Assembly (NCBI GenBank): GCA_963707985.1
Contig: CAVPRW010000025.1
Coordinates: 128,001 to 192,000 of the forward strand
Origin: an uncultured Nitrospinota bacterium
Lineage (GTDB): Bacteria; Tectomicrobia; Entotheonellia; J063; CAVPRW01
Length of the DNA: 64,000 nt
Direction of reading: 5' to 3'
The first letter of the stretch is position 1; the number at the start of each line of letters is the position of its first letter. The notes below the pieces were generated by a model that was given only the letters and a program-made list of their open reading frames with translations, did not search any database and was not told the DNA's origin. The translations under genes were made by a program, and so were the position numbers. Positions 1 to 10,647 of the stretch are shown one piece after another.

Positions 1-1
1 C

Positions 2-1204
2 GAAGGCTCACAGCAGGGGTGGGAGGCGTTGCAGACCCGTTTGCCGGACGTGAGGCGTATGTATGATGAGATTAGATTCATTGAAACGAAGCAGATCGGC
101 GAGATCAACTATACCCAGGAGCAGATCCGATTGCGTCTAAGGAAATTAGAGCTGCAGGGCATCCACACTGGCCCAGAGCTGCAACGCTTGCAGCAGCAGC
201 TAGAAGGCTTGCAGCAGCAGTACGCCAACCAGGTGGCGGTGCTGACCACATTACGTACCAGCCTTACCGCCAGTGTAGTGGTGTCGACAGCGCGCGACGT
301 GGAGAAAACCGTGCCACTGTCGCAGGTGGTTCGGGCCTATCGTCCCAATTTGATGGACGTGCCGGCCAAAATCGGGTTTTATCTGGAAAAAGTCTGGGAG
401 TTCATCGCCGATGATCCACGCGAATCGAACACCGAGGGAGGGGTGTTTCCGGCCATCTTCGGCACCGTGATGATGGTGCTGATCATGAGTGTTGCCGTCA
501 CTCCCCTGGGGGTGATTGCGGCCTTTTACCTGCGTGAATACGCCAAGCAGGGGGCCTTCGTCAGCGCCGTGCGTATCGCGGTGAACAATCTCGCTGGGGT
601 GCCATCGATTGTGTTTGGGGTGTTCGCCGTCGGGTTCTTCATTTATTTTGTGGGCGGCACAATCGATCGTCTATTCTTTCCCGAGTCCCTGCCCACGCCG
701 ACCTTTGGTACGGGCGGAATTTTGTGGGCCTCCCTCACACTGGCGTTGCTAACGGTGCCCGTGGTGATCGTGGCCACTGAAGAAGGACTGGCCGCCATTC
801 CTGGAGGAATGCGTGAGGCCTCACTGGCACTCGGCGCTACAAAATTCGAGACGACCATGCGGGTCGTATTGCCAAGCGTCATGCCGTCGATTTTGACCGG
901 GCTGATCCTGGCCATGGCGCGCGCCGCTGGCGAGGTAGCACCCCTGATGATTACTGGGGTAGTCAAATTGGCTCCGGCCCTGCCCATCGATGGCTTTTGG
1001 CCCTTCCTACACCTGGAACGCAAGTTCATGCATCTCGGCTTTCATATCTACGATGTCGGCTTCCAGTCGCCGAACGTCGAAGCAGCACGACCCATGGTCT
1101 TCACGACGGCCATGTTGTTGTTGCTAATCGTGGTGGTTTTGAACCTCACGGCCATTATGTTGCGCAACCGACTGCGCAAGAAATATGCTCTGTCAGCCGT
1201 GTAG
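2..1204 (+). CDS. pstA: Phosphate ABC transporter permease PstA (5'-partial, long periplasmic insertion)
   Basis: Frame open from the window edge; motifs NTEGGVFPAIFGT, NLAGVPSIVFG, EASLALGATK, RAAGEVAP; directly upstream of pstB. Confidence 0.95.
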   Translation, partial: EGSQQGWEALQTRLPDVRRMYDEIRFIETKQIGEINYTQEQIRLRLRKLELQGIHTGPELQRLQQQLEGLQQQYANQVAVLTTLRTSLTASVVVSTARDVEKTVPLSQVVRAYRPNLMDVPAKIGFYLEKVWEFIADDPRESNTEGGVFPAIFGTVMMVLIMSVAVTPLGVIAAFYLREYAKQGAFVSAVRIAVNNLAGVPSIVFGVFAVGFFIYFVGGTIDRLFFPESLPTPTFGTGGILWASLTLALLTVPVVIVATEEGLAAIPGGMREASLALGATKFETTMRVVLPSVMPSILTGLILAMARAAGEVAPLMITGVVKLAPALPIDGFWPFLHLERKFMHLGFHIYDVGFQSPNVEAARPMVFTTAMLLLLIVVVLNLTAIMLRNRLRKKYALSAV

Positions 1205-1213
1205 GAGGATGGC

Positions 1214-2032
1214 ATGACCACGGATATCCGTCTGGCCCCAGCCCTGAATCCCCGCATGCAGGCGGCATTGGACCTGGGCCAACCCATCGTCTCGATTGAG
1301 AGCCTGTCGTTATGGTACGGGGAAAAGCAGGCGCTGAAAAATATCTCGATGTCGGTTCCCGCCCAACGCATCACCGCCTACATCGGTCCCTCCGGTTGCG
1401 GCAAGAGCACCCTGCTGCGCTGCTTCAACCGCATGAACGACCTGGTGGACGGCGTACGCATCGAGGGCAAGATCCGCATTGGCGGGGTTGATGTATACGA
1501 CCCTGCGCTTGACGTGACAGATTTACGGAAGCGAGTGGGCATGGTCTTTCAGAAGTCGAACCCGTTTCCCAAGTCGATCTACGAGAACGCCGCCTACGGC
1601 CCACGCATCCTCGGCGTGCGCCATCGCCACGAGCTCGACGCGATTGTCGAGCGCAGCCTGCGTGGCGCGGCTCTGTGGGATGAAGTGTCGGATCGGTTGA
1701 AGGATTCCGCCCTGAGCCTTTCCGGTGGCCAACAGCAGCGCCTCTGTATTGCCCGCGCCCTGGCGGTTGAACCTGAAGTCCTTTTGATGGATGAGCCCTG
1801 CTCGGCGCTCGACCCCATCGCCACGGCGAAGATCGAAGAGTTGATGCTGGACCTCAAACAGGAGTACACTATCATCATCGTAACGCATAATATGCAACAA
1901 GCGGCCCGTGTGTCGGACTATACAGGATTCATGCTCCTCGGCGAGTTGGTGGAGTTTGGTGTCACCAAGGATCTGTTCACCAACCCGCGCGATCGACGCA
2001 CGGAGGATTATATCACGGGTCGATTTGGGTAA
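1214..2032 (+). CDS. pstB: Phosphate ABC transporter ATPase PstB
   Basis: [33 protein letters not shown]-terminal [19 protein letters not shown]. Confidence 0.97.
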   Translation: MTTDIRLAPALNPRMQAALDLGQPIVSIESLSLWYGEKQALKNISMSVPAQRITAYIGPSGCGKSTLLRCFNRMNDLVDGVRIEGKIRIGGVDVYDPALDVTDLRKRVGMVFQKSNPFPKSIYENAAYGPRILGVRHRHELDAIVERSLRGAALWDEVSDRLKDSALSLSGGQQQRLCIARALAVEPEVLLMDEPCSALDPIATAKIEELMLDLKQEYTIIIVTHNMQQAARVSDYTGFMLLGELVEFGVTKDLFTNPRDRRTEDYITGRFG

Positions 2033-2052
2033 ATGAGTCAATTGAATGTAGG

Positions 2053-3090
2053 GTGTTTATGCTGCAAGAACGACGCTATCAACTACAGGCGCAGGAGGCC
2101 AACGAGCAGATCCAGGCTATACTCGAAGGGCTCCAGATCCCAGGCGACAGACGTCTTTTCTATGCGCAGCTCCTGACCACCGTTCTCAAGATGTACGAGG
2201 ACGGCGCCGACCTCGGTGACCTGAAGATCACCAACAGTACGCTAAAAGAGCTACGATACGCCTTCAAAGTCTTCAGCCTCTATCGCGACCACCCGAAGGT
2301 CACCGTCTTCGGATCGGCGCGCACGCCGTCGACCTCGCCTATTTCTCAGCAAGCCAGGCGTTTTGCTGAGAACATGGTGAACGCGGGGTGGATGGTGGTC
2401 ACCGGGGCAGGAGGTGGCGTCATGGGGGCGGCGCAGGAGGGGGCGGGTCGTGAAGCCAGTTTTGGCCTGAACATCCGTCTGCCGTTCGAGCAGGAGGTCA
2501 ACTCCTGGATTGCCGAAGATCCGAAGCTGATTCATTTTAAATACTTCTTCACGCGCAAACTCTTCTTTGTGAAAGAAGCGAGTGCGGTTTGCCTATGCCC
2601 CGGTGGCTTTGGCACCTTCGATGAAGCCTTCGAGGTGCTGACCTTAGTCCAGACCGGTAAGACATCGATCATTCCTGTCGTCCTGCTCGACGTGCCGGGG
2701 GGGGAGTATTGGCTGCATTGGGAGCAGTTCCTTCGGGTGCAGCTGCTGGCGCAGGGACTCATTAGCCCTGAAGATTTGGATCTCTTTATGATCACCGACG
2801 ACGTGGAACGAGCGGTCGAGGAGATTTTCGCCTTCTACCGGCTGTATCACTCGGCACGCTATGTCGACGATGATCTGGTCTTCAGGCTGAAGCGACCGTT
2901 GCCCCCGCAGGCTTTACCAGCCCTCGAAGAGGGCTTCGCCGATATTCTCCGGGGCCGGCTAGCACAGAAAGACGGCCCAATCCTCGGAGAAGGTGACGAG
3001 CATCCCGATCTCTGGCGGCTGGTGATTCCCTTCATCCGTTCGCGGTATGGCCGTCTCCGAAAGTTCATCGATGCCGTGAATCGTTGGTAA
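2053..3090 (+). CDS. LOG family nucleotide phosphoribohydrolase (TIGR00730-like)
   Basis: VTVFGSART, TGAGGGVM, YFFTRK, LOG signature PGGFGTFDE. Confidence 0.9.
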   Translation: MFMLQERRYQLQAQEANEQIQAILEGLQIPGDRRLFYAQLLTTVLKMYEDGADLGDLKITNSTLKELRYAFKVFSLYRDHPKVTVFGSARTPSTSPISQQARRFAENMVNAGWMVVTGAGGGVMGAAQEGAGREASFGLNIRLPFEQEVNSWIAEDPKLIHFKYFFTRKLFFVKEASAVCLCPGGFGTFDEAFEVLTLVQTGKTSIIPVVLLDVPGGEYWLHWEQFLRVQLLAQGLISPEDLDLFMITDDVERAVEEIFAFYRLYHSARYVDDDLVFRLKRPLPPQALPALEEGFADILRGRLAQKDGPILGEGDEHPDLWRLVIPFIRSRYGRLRKFIDAVNRW

Positions 3091-3196
3091 CGGCCGAGTG
3101 AGGGGAGGGGGCGTTGCGAGGACAATCTCTGGCGTCAGACTGCTACCCGCTATGCAGCAACGACCTGGCCCGACAGGTCAGTGGGAGGATGGTAAG

Positions 3197-3898
3197 ATGG
3201 AGCGACATTTTGAGGCAGAGCTACACGCACTGCGCGATCGGTTGCTGGCCATGGGAAGCCTCGCCGAGACAATGATTCACAAGGGGATCAAGGCTCTGGT
3301 CGATCGTGACGCGGCATTGGTGCAAGCGGTCCTGGCCCATGAAGAAGAAATGGACCTCCTCTGCATCGAGATCGATGACCGCTGTTTCACGCAGCTCGCC
3401 CTCAGGCAGCCGATGGCCTCGGATTTGCGCTTTCTCGTGGGCGGGATCAAGATCAACAGCGATTTGGAGCGTATCGGTGATCAGGCGGTGAGCATTGCCT
3501 TGCGGGCGCGCTCTCTCATCAATCAACCGCTGCTCAAGCCGCTCATCGATATCCCACGTATGACGGGCATCGTCCAGGAAATGGTGCGCTATAGTCTCGA
3601 TGCCTTTGTGCGGCGGGACCCCGAGCTGGCCCGCAATGTCATCGATCGCGATGACGAAGTCGATGGTTTGCGCGACCAGATCTTTCGCGAGCTCCTGACC
3701 TATATGATGGGCGATCCGTCTACCATTCCGCGCGCCATCGACCTAATTCTGGTCTCCCGCAACCTAGAGCGCATTGCCGACCATGCGACCAACATCGCCG
3801 AGGATGTGATCTACATCGTGCGTGGCGAGGATGTGCGCGAGCGCGGTGACAAGGAACTGCGCAAGGGCTTGCGCCTTCCCCTTCCGAAGAACGCCTAG
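3197..3898 (+). CDS. phoU: Phosphate signalling protein PhoU
   Basis: MERHF start; QPMASDLR, DLERIGD, LERIADHATNIAE repeats. Confidence 0.95.
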   Translation: MERHFEAELHALRDRLLAMGSLAETMIHKGIKALVDRDAALVQAVLAHEEEMDLLCIEIDDRCFTQLALRQPMASDLRFLVGGIKINSDLERIGDQAVSIALRARSLINQPLLKPLIDIPRMTGIVQEMVRYSLDAFVRRDPELARNVIDRDDEVDGLRDQIFRELLTYMMGDPSTIPRAIDLILVSRNLERIADHATNIAEDVIYIVRGEDVRERGDKELRKGLRLPLPKNA

Positions 3899-4167
3899 AT
3901 CGTCCGTCCAGCATTCGACATGGTCTCCTGCCTGTGCCTCCCGGCAGGCTCCATTTCCTACCGGCGCTTTGTGCCACTCTGCTATCCTGACTCCCGCCAT
4001 TGTCATAGTGATTTCTTGCCGGCCGATGGGCCCGCAGACAGGGATACCGCAGCCGACATACGTGCTGTCCTCATTTCCCACCTTGGCAAATGGCGCCGCC
4101 TTTGGTATAAGCAGACTACTCATATAGCACTGGCGGTTTGTGGTCACTTATCAAAAGGGGATAGGTC

Positions 4168-5163
4168 ATGGCCTTTGATCGTTCAACCATTCATGTCTAT
4201 GCCGGGGCTGAGACCGGTGGACTCTTCCGCAAAACTGTGGATGACGCGCTTTGGGAAGCCCTCACGCACGGCTTACCGCAGCCAACCGAGGTGCGGGCCA
4301 TCGCGGTGCATCCACAGCACCCCGAAATCGTTTTTGCCGGTACTCAGGATGGCCCATACCGCAGCCAAGATGGCGGCGATTCCTGGGAACGTTTGGATTT
4401 TCCCGGCCCCGAACGCGTCGTCTGGTCCTTCACCTTCCATCCGGCTGAGGCGCGTACCGTCTATTGTGGCACCGCTCCGGGAGCCGTGTTCCGCAGCGAG
4501 GACGGCGGTGACCACTGGAAGCGGTTACCCACCGATCCCGGTCCTGACGTCGTACGTATGGACTTTCCAACCCGCACCATTGCCATGGCGGTTGATCCCG
4601 CTCATCCGGCACATTTGTACGTCGCCCTGGAAGTCGGGGGGGTGATTCGCAGCCTCGACGGCGGTGAGACCTGGCAGCCCATTAACAAAGGGCTAGCGCC
4701 CGACGTGGGACGGCTCGATCTGCACGGGATTCAGGTTAGCTCAGCACAACCTGACACGGTATTCATCAGCGTTCGCGCTGGCCTCTTGCGTAGCCCCAAC
4801 CGTGGCGAGCAATGGGACCCCATCGACCTGAGCAAAGTCTCCCCGATCACATACTGTCGCGACCTGCGCGTCGCCCCGGACGACCCACGGACACTCTACG
4901 TCTCACTGGGGCAAGCAGCCCGTAGCGCCGCAGGAGCCCTGTTTCGTAGCCGCGATCTCGGAACCTCCTGGGAGCGTGTCGATCACGGTCTCGCACCCAA
5001 GAGCACCATGATGGCGGTGGGCCTGACTGCTCGTCAGCCCACATGTGTGTATGGTTGTACCAGGGATGGGGAGGTGTTTGGGACGCTCGATGGCGGTGTA
5101 ACATGGCGTGAATTTTCGTTACCCGCTGGGACGCACGAGGTAAGAGCGATCGCTTGCGGCTGA
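4168..5163 (+). CDS. BNR/Asp-box beta-propeller protein (WD40/YVTN-like, glycosyl-hydrolase-like)
   Basis: Repeated SxDGGxxW Asp-boxes (SQDGGDSW, SEDGGDHW, SLDGGETW, TLDGGVTW). Confidence 0.8.
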   Translation: MAFDRSTIHVYAGAETGGLFRKTVDDALWEALTHGLPQPTEVRAIAVHPQHPEIVFAGTQDGPYRSQDGGDSWERLDFPGPERVVWSFTFHPAEARTVYCGTAPGAVFRSEDGGDHWKRLPTDPGPDVVRMDFPTRTIAMAVDPAHPAHLYVALEVGGVIRSLDGGETWQPINKGLAPDVGRLDLHGIQVSSAQPDTVFISVRAGLLRSPNRGEQWDPIDLSKVSPITYCRDLRVAPDDPRTLYVSLGQAARSAAGALFRSRDLGTSWERVDHGLAPKSTMMAVGLTARQPTCVYGCTRDGEVFGTLDGGVTWREFSLPAGTHEVRAIACG

Positions 5164-5250
5164 GGGGGCAGGGAAAAGGTTGCGTTGTCACCATCCCTGT
5201 TACAACCATAGGCGCCAGGCTCAGGGGCAAAGTCGGCTCAGAATGAGCCA

Positions 5251-5354
5251 ACCCTACCCCTCTCCCGGAGGGAGAGGGGTAGGGTGAGGGCGCCAGAGCG
5301 CCATTGAGTGGTTGTGTTTCCCTCACCCCGGCCCCTCTCTCAGGGGGAGAGGGG
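5251..5354. repeat. REP/REPIN-like palindromic element (two inverted REP units)
   Basis: Perfect 16-bp stem ACCCTACCCCTCTCCC-GGA-GGGAGAGGGGTAGGGT, then inverted unit CCCTCACCCCGGCCCCTCTCTCAGGGGGAGAGGGG. Confidence 0.75.
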
Positions 5355-5426
5355 ATGTTAGCCTGACGACCCAGCATACAGGGGAGAGGGTTGAAGTGAT
5401 TCACGCAGCATCCGTGGAGGTCATGC

Positions 5427-6683
5427 ATGCATGTCGCTGATGATACAGGTCTGCTGAGTCCTTACCGAGTTCTCGATCTAACGGATGAGCACGGCATTCT
5501 CTGCAGCAAGATTCTCGCCGACTTAGGAGCCGATGTCATCCAGATCGAGCCTCCGGGCGGGAGCCCAGCGCGGCGCCTCGGCCCCTTCTATGAGGACGAG
5601 GCCCACCCCGACCGGAGTCTGTTTTGGTGGTCGTATGCCGCTAACAAACGTGGTATCACGCTCAATCTCGCCAGCCGCGACGGGCGTGCCTTGCTCCAGC
5701 GGCTGGTCTCTTCAGCCCACTTCCTCATCGAATCCTTTCCCCCAGGCGACATGGAACATCTGGGCCTTGGGTATACCGCACTTGCCGCCCTCAATCCGGC
5801 GCTGATCGTCGTCTCCGTTACGCCATTTGGCCAGGACGGCCCCTACGCGCATTATCGGGCTTCAGACCTCAACGGTATGGGCATGGCCGGTTTTATGTAC
5901 GTGACGGGTGACCCTGATCGCCCGCCAGCACGTGTCGGCGTCCCGCACTTCTATCTTCATGGGGCGGCAGCAGGCGCCACCGGAGCCATGATCGCCCATG
6001 CCCAGCGCGCGCTGACCGGACAAGGACAGCATGTCGACGTCTCCTGCCAAGAGGCGGTGGCGCGCACCCTGGCCAGTGCTCCGCAGCTTTTTGCCATCGA
6101 GAACACCGTCATCCGGCGTCAGGGGTCATACCGCCAAACGGGCGATACAACCTTTATGCGCATTACCTGGCCCTGCAAAGATGGATTTGTCAACTTTCAG
6201 CTGTCGGGGGGGGCCGGGGCGGGCCGGAGTGTCAACAACCTGATCCAGTGGATGGAGGAAGAAGGGCTTGGGGATCCCGTCCTCACCGGACTTGACTGGA
6301 GCACGCTTGGTTACGGCATGATCAATAAGGAATTACTCGAGCGCGTCGTGCCACCTGTCGAGCGTTTTCTCATGAGTCATACGAAGGCCGAGTTGTTCGA
6401 GGGGGCGGTAAAGCGTCGCATCCTCCTCTTTCCCGTGGCCACGACCAAGGATATCATGCAAAATACCCAGTTGCAGGCCCGTGGCTACTTTCGGCAGGTA
6501 TTTCATCCCGATCTCTCCACCACGATCACCTATCCTGGGCCGTTTGTGCGGGCGAGTGCCACTCCCCTGCAGCTGCGTCGCCTGGCGCCGAAGATCGGAG
6601 AGCACAACACAGAAATCTATCACAACGATCTCGGCCTGACGCGGGAAGAGCTCGTACGACTCCGCGAAGCTGGAGTGATTTAA
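5427..6683 (+). CDS. Family III CoA-transferase (CaiB/BaiF), BbsE-like subunit
   Basis: RVLDLT, LADLGADVIQIEPPGG, ANKRGITLNL, GQHVDVS, APKIGEH. Confidence 0.92.
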   Translation: MHVADDTGLLSPYRVLDLTDEHGILCSKILADLGADVIQIEPPGGSPARRLGPFYEDEAHPDRSLFWWSYAANKRGITLNLASRDGRALLQRLVSSAHFLIESFPPGDMEHLGLGYTALAALNPALIVVSVTPFGQDGPYAHYRASDLNGMGMAGFMYVTGDPDRPPARVGVPHFYLHGAAAGATGAMIAHAQRALTGQGQHVDVSCQEAVARTLASAPQLFAIENTVIRRQGSYRQTGDTTFMRITWPCKDGFVNFQLSGGAGAGRSVNNLIQWMEEEGLGDPVLTGLDWSTLGYGMINKELLERVVPPVERFLMSHTKAELFEGAVKRRILLFPVATTKDIMQNTQLQARGYFRQVFHPDLSTTITYPGPFVRASATPLQLRRLAPKIGEHNTEIYHNDLGLTREELVRLREAGVI

Positions 6684-6708
6684 GCCAATTCTTGACGGAG
6701 GTTTATGC

Positions 6709-7920
6709 ATGCGTCCCCTGGCAGGGCTGAAAGTGTTGGATTTCTGTTGGGTTGCCGTAGGACCGATGACGACGTCATATCTGGCTGAATATGGTGCAAC
6801 GGTGGTGCGGATCGAATCGAAACGGCGTCCGGAGACGCTGCGCAATGCTCCGCCCTTTGGTAGTCAAGGCCAAAGTGTCAACCGCAGCGGCTATTTTGCC
6901 AACTACAACGCCAACAAGTATGGGATGGCGGTAAACATGGTCCATCCCCAGGCACACGCGTTCGTGAAGCGCCTGGTGGCCTGGGCCGACCTCGTGACCG
7001 AAAACTTTACCCCTGGAACCCTGGAGGACTGGGGGTTAGGGTATGAAGATCTGTGTCAGGTCAAGCCCGACATTATTCTCTTCAGCACCTCGATGCTCGG
7101 CAGGGGGGGGCCGTATTCTCAACAACCAGGTTTTGGCGCCGTCCTCGCCTCCTTGAGTGGGATGACCGGCCTCACCGGCTGGCCGGATCGCATGCCGACC
7201 AATCCCTACGGGGCCTATACCGATTTCCTGGTGCCGCGCTTTGCTGTCCCGACCATCCTCGCCGCCTTGGATTACCGGCGTCGCACCGGACGAGGGCAGC
7301 ATTTGGATGTGTCGCAACTGGAAGTGGCTCTGCATTTTATGGCACCCCTATTGCTCGATTACACTCTCAACGGGCGGGAACGCGACCGCATGGGGAATCG
7401 CCATCCGGCTGCTGCTCCACATGGTGCCTACCCCTGCCGCGGTGAAGACCGCTGGTGTACGATTGCCTGCCAGACCGATGCCGAATGGGAAGGGTTGTGC
7501 CAGGTGATGGGCTGGCCCCCCTGGACGCAAGAAGAACGCTTCACGACGCTGCTCGGGCGTAAGGCGCATGAGGATGAGTTGGACGATCTGATCGGCCGAT
7601 GGACGCAGGGCTGGGAGGCTTACGCGTTGATGCAGACTCTCCAACAGGCAGGCGTCCCAGCGGGCGTGGTGCAAACCACCAAGGATCTGTTCGACGACCC
7701 GCAATTGCGGCATCGCGGCCACTTCGTCTTCATGGATCACCCTGAGGTGGGGCGCCACCCGGTGCAGCGCTCGGAGTTCAGACTGTCGCAGGCACCCGGG
7801 GAGTTCCGCCATCCGGCGCCACTGCTCGGCCAACACACCGTAGAAGTCTGCAAAGAGATTCTGCACATGTCCGAGGACGAGATCGCTGCCCTGACCGAGG
7901 CCGGTGTCCTGGAAGCGTGA
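6709..7920 (+). CDS. Family III CoA-transferase (CaiB/BaiF), BbsF-like subunit
   Basis: LAGLKVLDF, NANK, ENFTPG, catalytic-region YTD, GQHLDVSQ, APLLGQHT. Confidence 0.92.
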   Translation: MRPLAGLKVLDFCWVAVGPMTTSYLAEYGATVVRIESKRRPETLRNAPPFGSQGQSVNRSGYFANYNANKYGMAVNMVHPQAHAFVKRLVAWADLVTENFTPGTLEDWGLGYEDLCQVKPDIILFSTSMLGRGGPYSQQPGFGAVLASLSGMTGLTGWPDRMPTNPYGAYTDFLVPRFAVPTILAALDYRRRTGRGQHLDVSQLEVALHFMAPLLLDYTLNGRERDRMGNRHPAAAPHGAYPCRGEDRWCTIACQTDAEWEGLCQVMGWPPWTQEERFTTLLGRKAHEDELDDLIGRWTQGWEAYALMQTLQQAGVPAGVVQTTKDLFDDPQLRHRGHFVFMDHPEVGRHPVQRSEFRLSQAPGEFRHPAPLLGQHTVEVCKEILHMSEDEIAALTEAGVLEA

Positions 7921-7933
7921 GGGTTTGTGCGAC

Positions 7934-7983
7934 TGCCTCTCCACGCTCCGGCCCCATAATACGGGGGAAGGTCGGGAGGGGGC
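7934..7983. repeat. Degenerate REP-like element
   Basis: CCCCATAATACGGGGGAAGGTCGGGAGGGGGC, intergenic and similar in style to the 5251 element. Confidence 0.35.
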
Positions 7984-7999
7984 GAGAAGAGGAAGGTCC

Positions 8000-9100
8000 A
8001 TGCAAGCTGTTATCCTGGCAGAAGTCGGTGGTCAGCTCACCCTCGAAGATATTCCCACACCACAGCCCAGAGCCGGCGAGGTGCTCGTGCAAGTGGCCGC
8101 CTGTGGCGTCTGCCACACCGACCTACACGTCATCAAGGGCGAGGTCAAATTTCCGCTGCCGTGTGTCCTGGGGCACGAGATCTCAGGGGTAGTGGCTGAA
8201 GTACCGGCCGACGTCAAGGCAATACGTCCAGGCGATGCCGTGGTCTGTAGCTTCATCATGCCCTGCGGCGTGTGTCATTACTGTGTGCGCGGACGGGACG
8301 ACCTGTGCGAGACGTTCTTCGCCATGAATCGTTTGAAAGGAACCCTCTACGACGGGGAAAGTCGCCTGCGACGCGCCAACAACTCGCCCCTGGCCATGTA
8401 TAGTATGGGGGGGCTGGCCGAATACGCCGTCATCCCGGCCACCGATGTGTTTCTTGCACCTGCGAATGTGCCCCTGACGGATGCCTGCATCCTTGGTTGC
8501 GCCATGATGACGGCGTACGGTGCCCTGAAGAACCAGGCCAGGCTGCAGCCGAACGAATCCATTGCGGTTGTTGGCACCGGGGGGGTCGGTTCGAACGTCA
8601 TTCAGCTCGCCAGAGCCTTCGGCGCCGGCCAGATCATTGCTGTCGATATCCGCGATGATAAGCTGGCGGCCGCCAAAGATCTCGGGGCCACCCACGGGGT
8701 GAATGCGGCCCAGGGTGACCCTGTAGCAGAGGTGCTGACGATCACCGGCGGCCGCGGCGTTGACGTCGCCATTGAAGCCCTGGGACGGCCGGAGACGGTA
8801 GTGAATGCCTTCATGATGTCACGTGACGGCGGGCGAGTGGTCGTCATTGGCATCGCCCCCGGCACGACCACCGCCGGTATTGAGATCACCCGCCTGGTCC
8901 GCCGTGGGATTCAGCTCATGGGCTCATACGGGAGCCGCGTGCGCACCGATATGCCCGATGTGCTGGGATTGGCGGCACATGGCTTGGTGAGTCCCTCACG
9001 GGCGATTACCCGGCGCTATCGCCTGGAGCAGACGGATGAGGCTTATGCCGTGCTCAGTCGGGGCGAGATCGTCGGACGTGCGATCGTGACCATGAGCTGA
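8000..9100 (+). CDS. Zinc-dependent alcohol dehydrogenase (MDR superfamily)
   Basis: CGVCHTD, GHE, structural-zinc CGVCHYC...C, GTGGVG NAD motif. Confidence 0.93.
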   Translation: MQAVILAEVGGQLTLEDIPTPQPRAGEVLVQVAACGVCHTDLHVIKGEVKFPLPCVLGHEISGVVAEVPADVKAIRPGDAVVCSFIMPCGVCHYCVRGRDDLCETFFAMNRLKGTLYDGESRLRRANNSPLAMYSMGGLAEYAVIPATDVFLAPANVPLTDACILGCAMMTAYGALKNQARLQPNESIAVVGTGGVGSNVIQLARAFGAGQIIAVDIRDDKLAAAKDLGATHGVNAAQGDPVAEVLTITGGRGVDVAIEALGRPETVVNAFMMSRDGGRVVVIGIAPGTTTAGIEITRLVRRGIQLMGSYGSRVRTDMPDVLGLAAHGLVSPSRAITRRYRLEQTDEAYAVLSRGEIVGRAIVTMS

Positions 9101-9516
9101 GTAGGTCAGCCATAAGCTTTCCGACGAAGTGTTATTATGGTATCCTTCTCTAGCACTGAGGGGAGGGAGACCACCATGGCGTGCTCGGACTGTTGCACGA
9201 TCAAGAGCTTCGCATGGGCAACACTCTATTATTATCTCCATTCGGCTGCTTCTATAAGGCTGACACCTTCGAGCATGTAGTAACCTCGTTGTCCTAGAAG
9301 GCTAATGTCCTCTGCTGAAATGACATATACGAACACATGGTTTGGATCGCGAAAGGGGTGAGACCGAGGTCGTCTCCATGAACTCCGGTGATTGGGTTGA
9401 GAATCTGAGCGCCCTGGAATATTACGACGGCAAGTGGTCCATCTTCCGATACCTCGACCTGCGCTTCCGATGAACAGGTGATCGGGCCTGCCGGGCACCA
9501 GCAACAGACGTTTGTC

Positions 9517-10302
9517 CTATAGCTGCTGCCCGGCATAGCGGCGTAGAAGCTCTCGACGGGAAAGCCAGATTGTGCGTGTTTCCCAGCGCTTTCCCCGAAG
9601 CCGATGACGACCCAGTGGGTGAACGCGGGCCAGCAATAGGCGTTGATACCAGCATAACAAAACCTGATGCCAACCGATATCCTGCCCACCGACCTCAAAA
9701 CCCAAGGATGTCGCTTCCTGCCAGAATAGCGTTGTGCTCCGAAATGCCTCCCACCAGTGATCATGTGGATGTTCAATGACCTGCTGGGCTAGTCGTTGCA
9801 GCGCATCCTGGAGCTCGTGTCGCAGGACGATTCCCACGCGGCGCTGGGTAGCTGTCCAGTGCAAGTGAGCCACGCGAGCGCGATCAAGGTGCAGTTCGCC
9901 CACTTGGGCACCCGGATGGATCATCGTCCCATCGCGGAGAATGAGGTCCGGTCCATAGTGGATCGCTGGTCCAAGTGTCAAGATCGTAGCCTGGCCCAGT
10001 CTATTGATCCTAAACCACGTATTCCAGGCGCATTCGTACCAAGCCCACACACGCTTACGCAGCGTTGCAGAGATGGATGCTGCCGGCCATTTGGGCAGTA
10101 GCTCGCTGAGCGTCAGACTGCGATAGCCACGTTCCTGTAGAAGCATCAACGGCCCTGGCAGAGCTGCTACCAGGCGTGCTGGTGTTTGTGGGAATCCGCC
10201 CCCGTCGTGCAGGTTGATAATGTTCTGCTCCCATGAATCCCGAGCCAACCGTTCTTTGAGCTCAATGGGCAATCTTACATAGACATTGTCTCTTGCTCTC
10301 AT
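9517..10302 (-). pseudogene. Chimeric ORF: short RHH/Arc-like N-terminus + polysaccharide deacetylase C-terminal fragment + YkoP-like domain
   Basis: MRARDNVYVRLPIELKERL, then IINLHDGGG...LQERGYRSLTLSELL (NodB C-terminus), then GELHLD-type domain; the catalytic TFDDGP half is absent. Confidence 0.5.
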
Positions 10303-10647
10303 AGCCTCTCTCCTATAGCTTATTTGCGAGCTAGTTTGCATGTTAGTGTCATACCTCGGCCACTCGATGGTGACCACCGCCATAATTGCAGGACAAGAGT
10401 ATGATGTGCAGCGCGACGGATGAGCTGTCATCGCGATCTATTCCTCCTGACATAAGGGTAGACTCGGTACCATTGAGCTTCGAGAGGTTGGCTAGTCATT
10501 TGTCTGTTTATTTAAGTCAAGAATTTTTACAATAAGTGCTACTCTTATTTCCCCATGTTGATTGTCATGGTCACGTGGTGATGATATTATGGGGAATCTT
10601 GAGCGTCCCTCTGACCATTACGTGACGATCGACCGGAGGATACGCAC

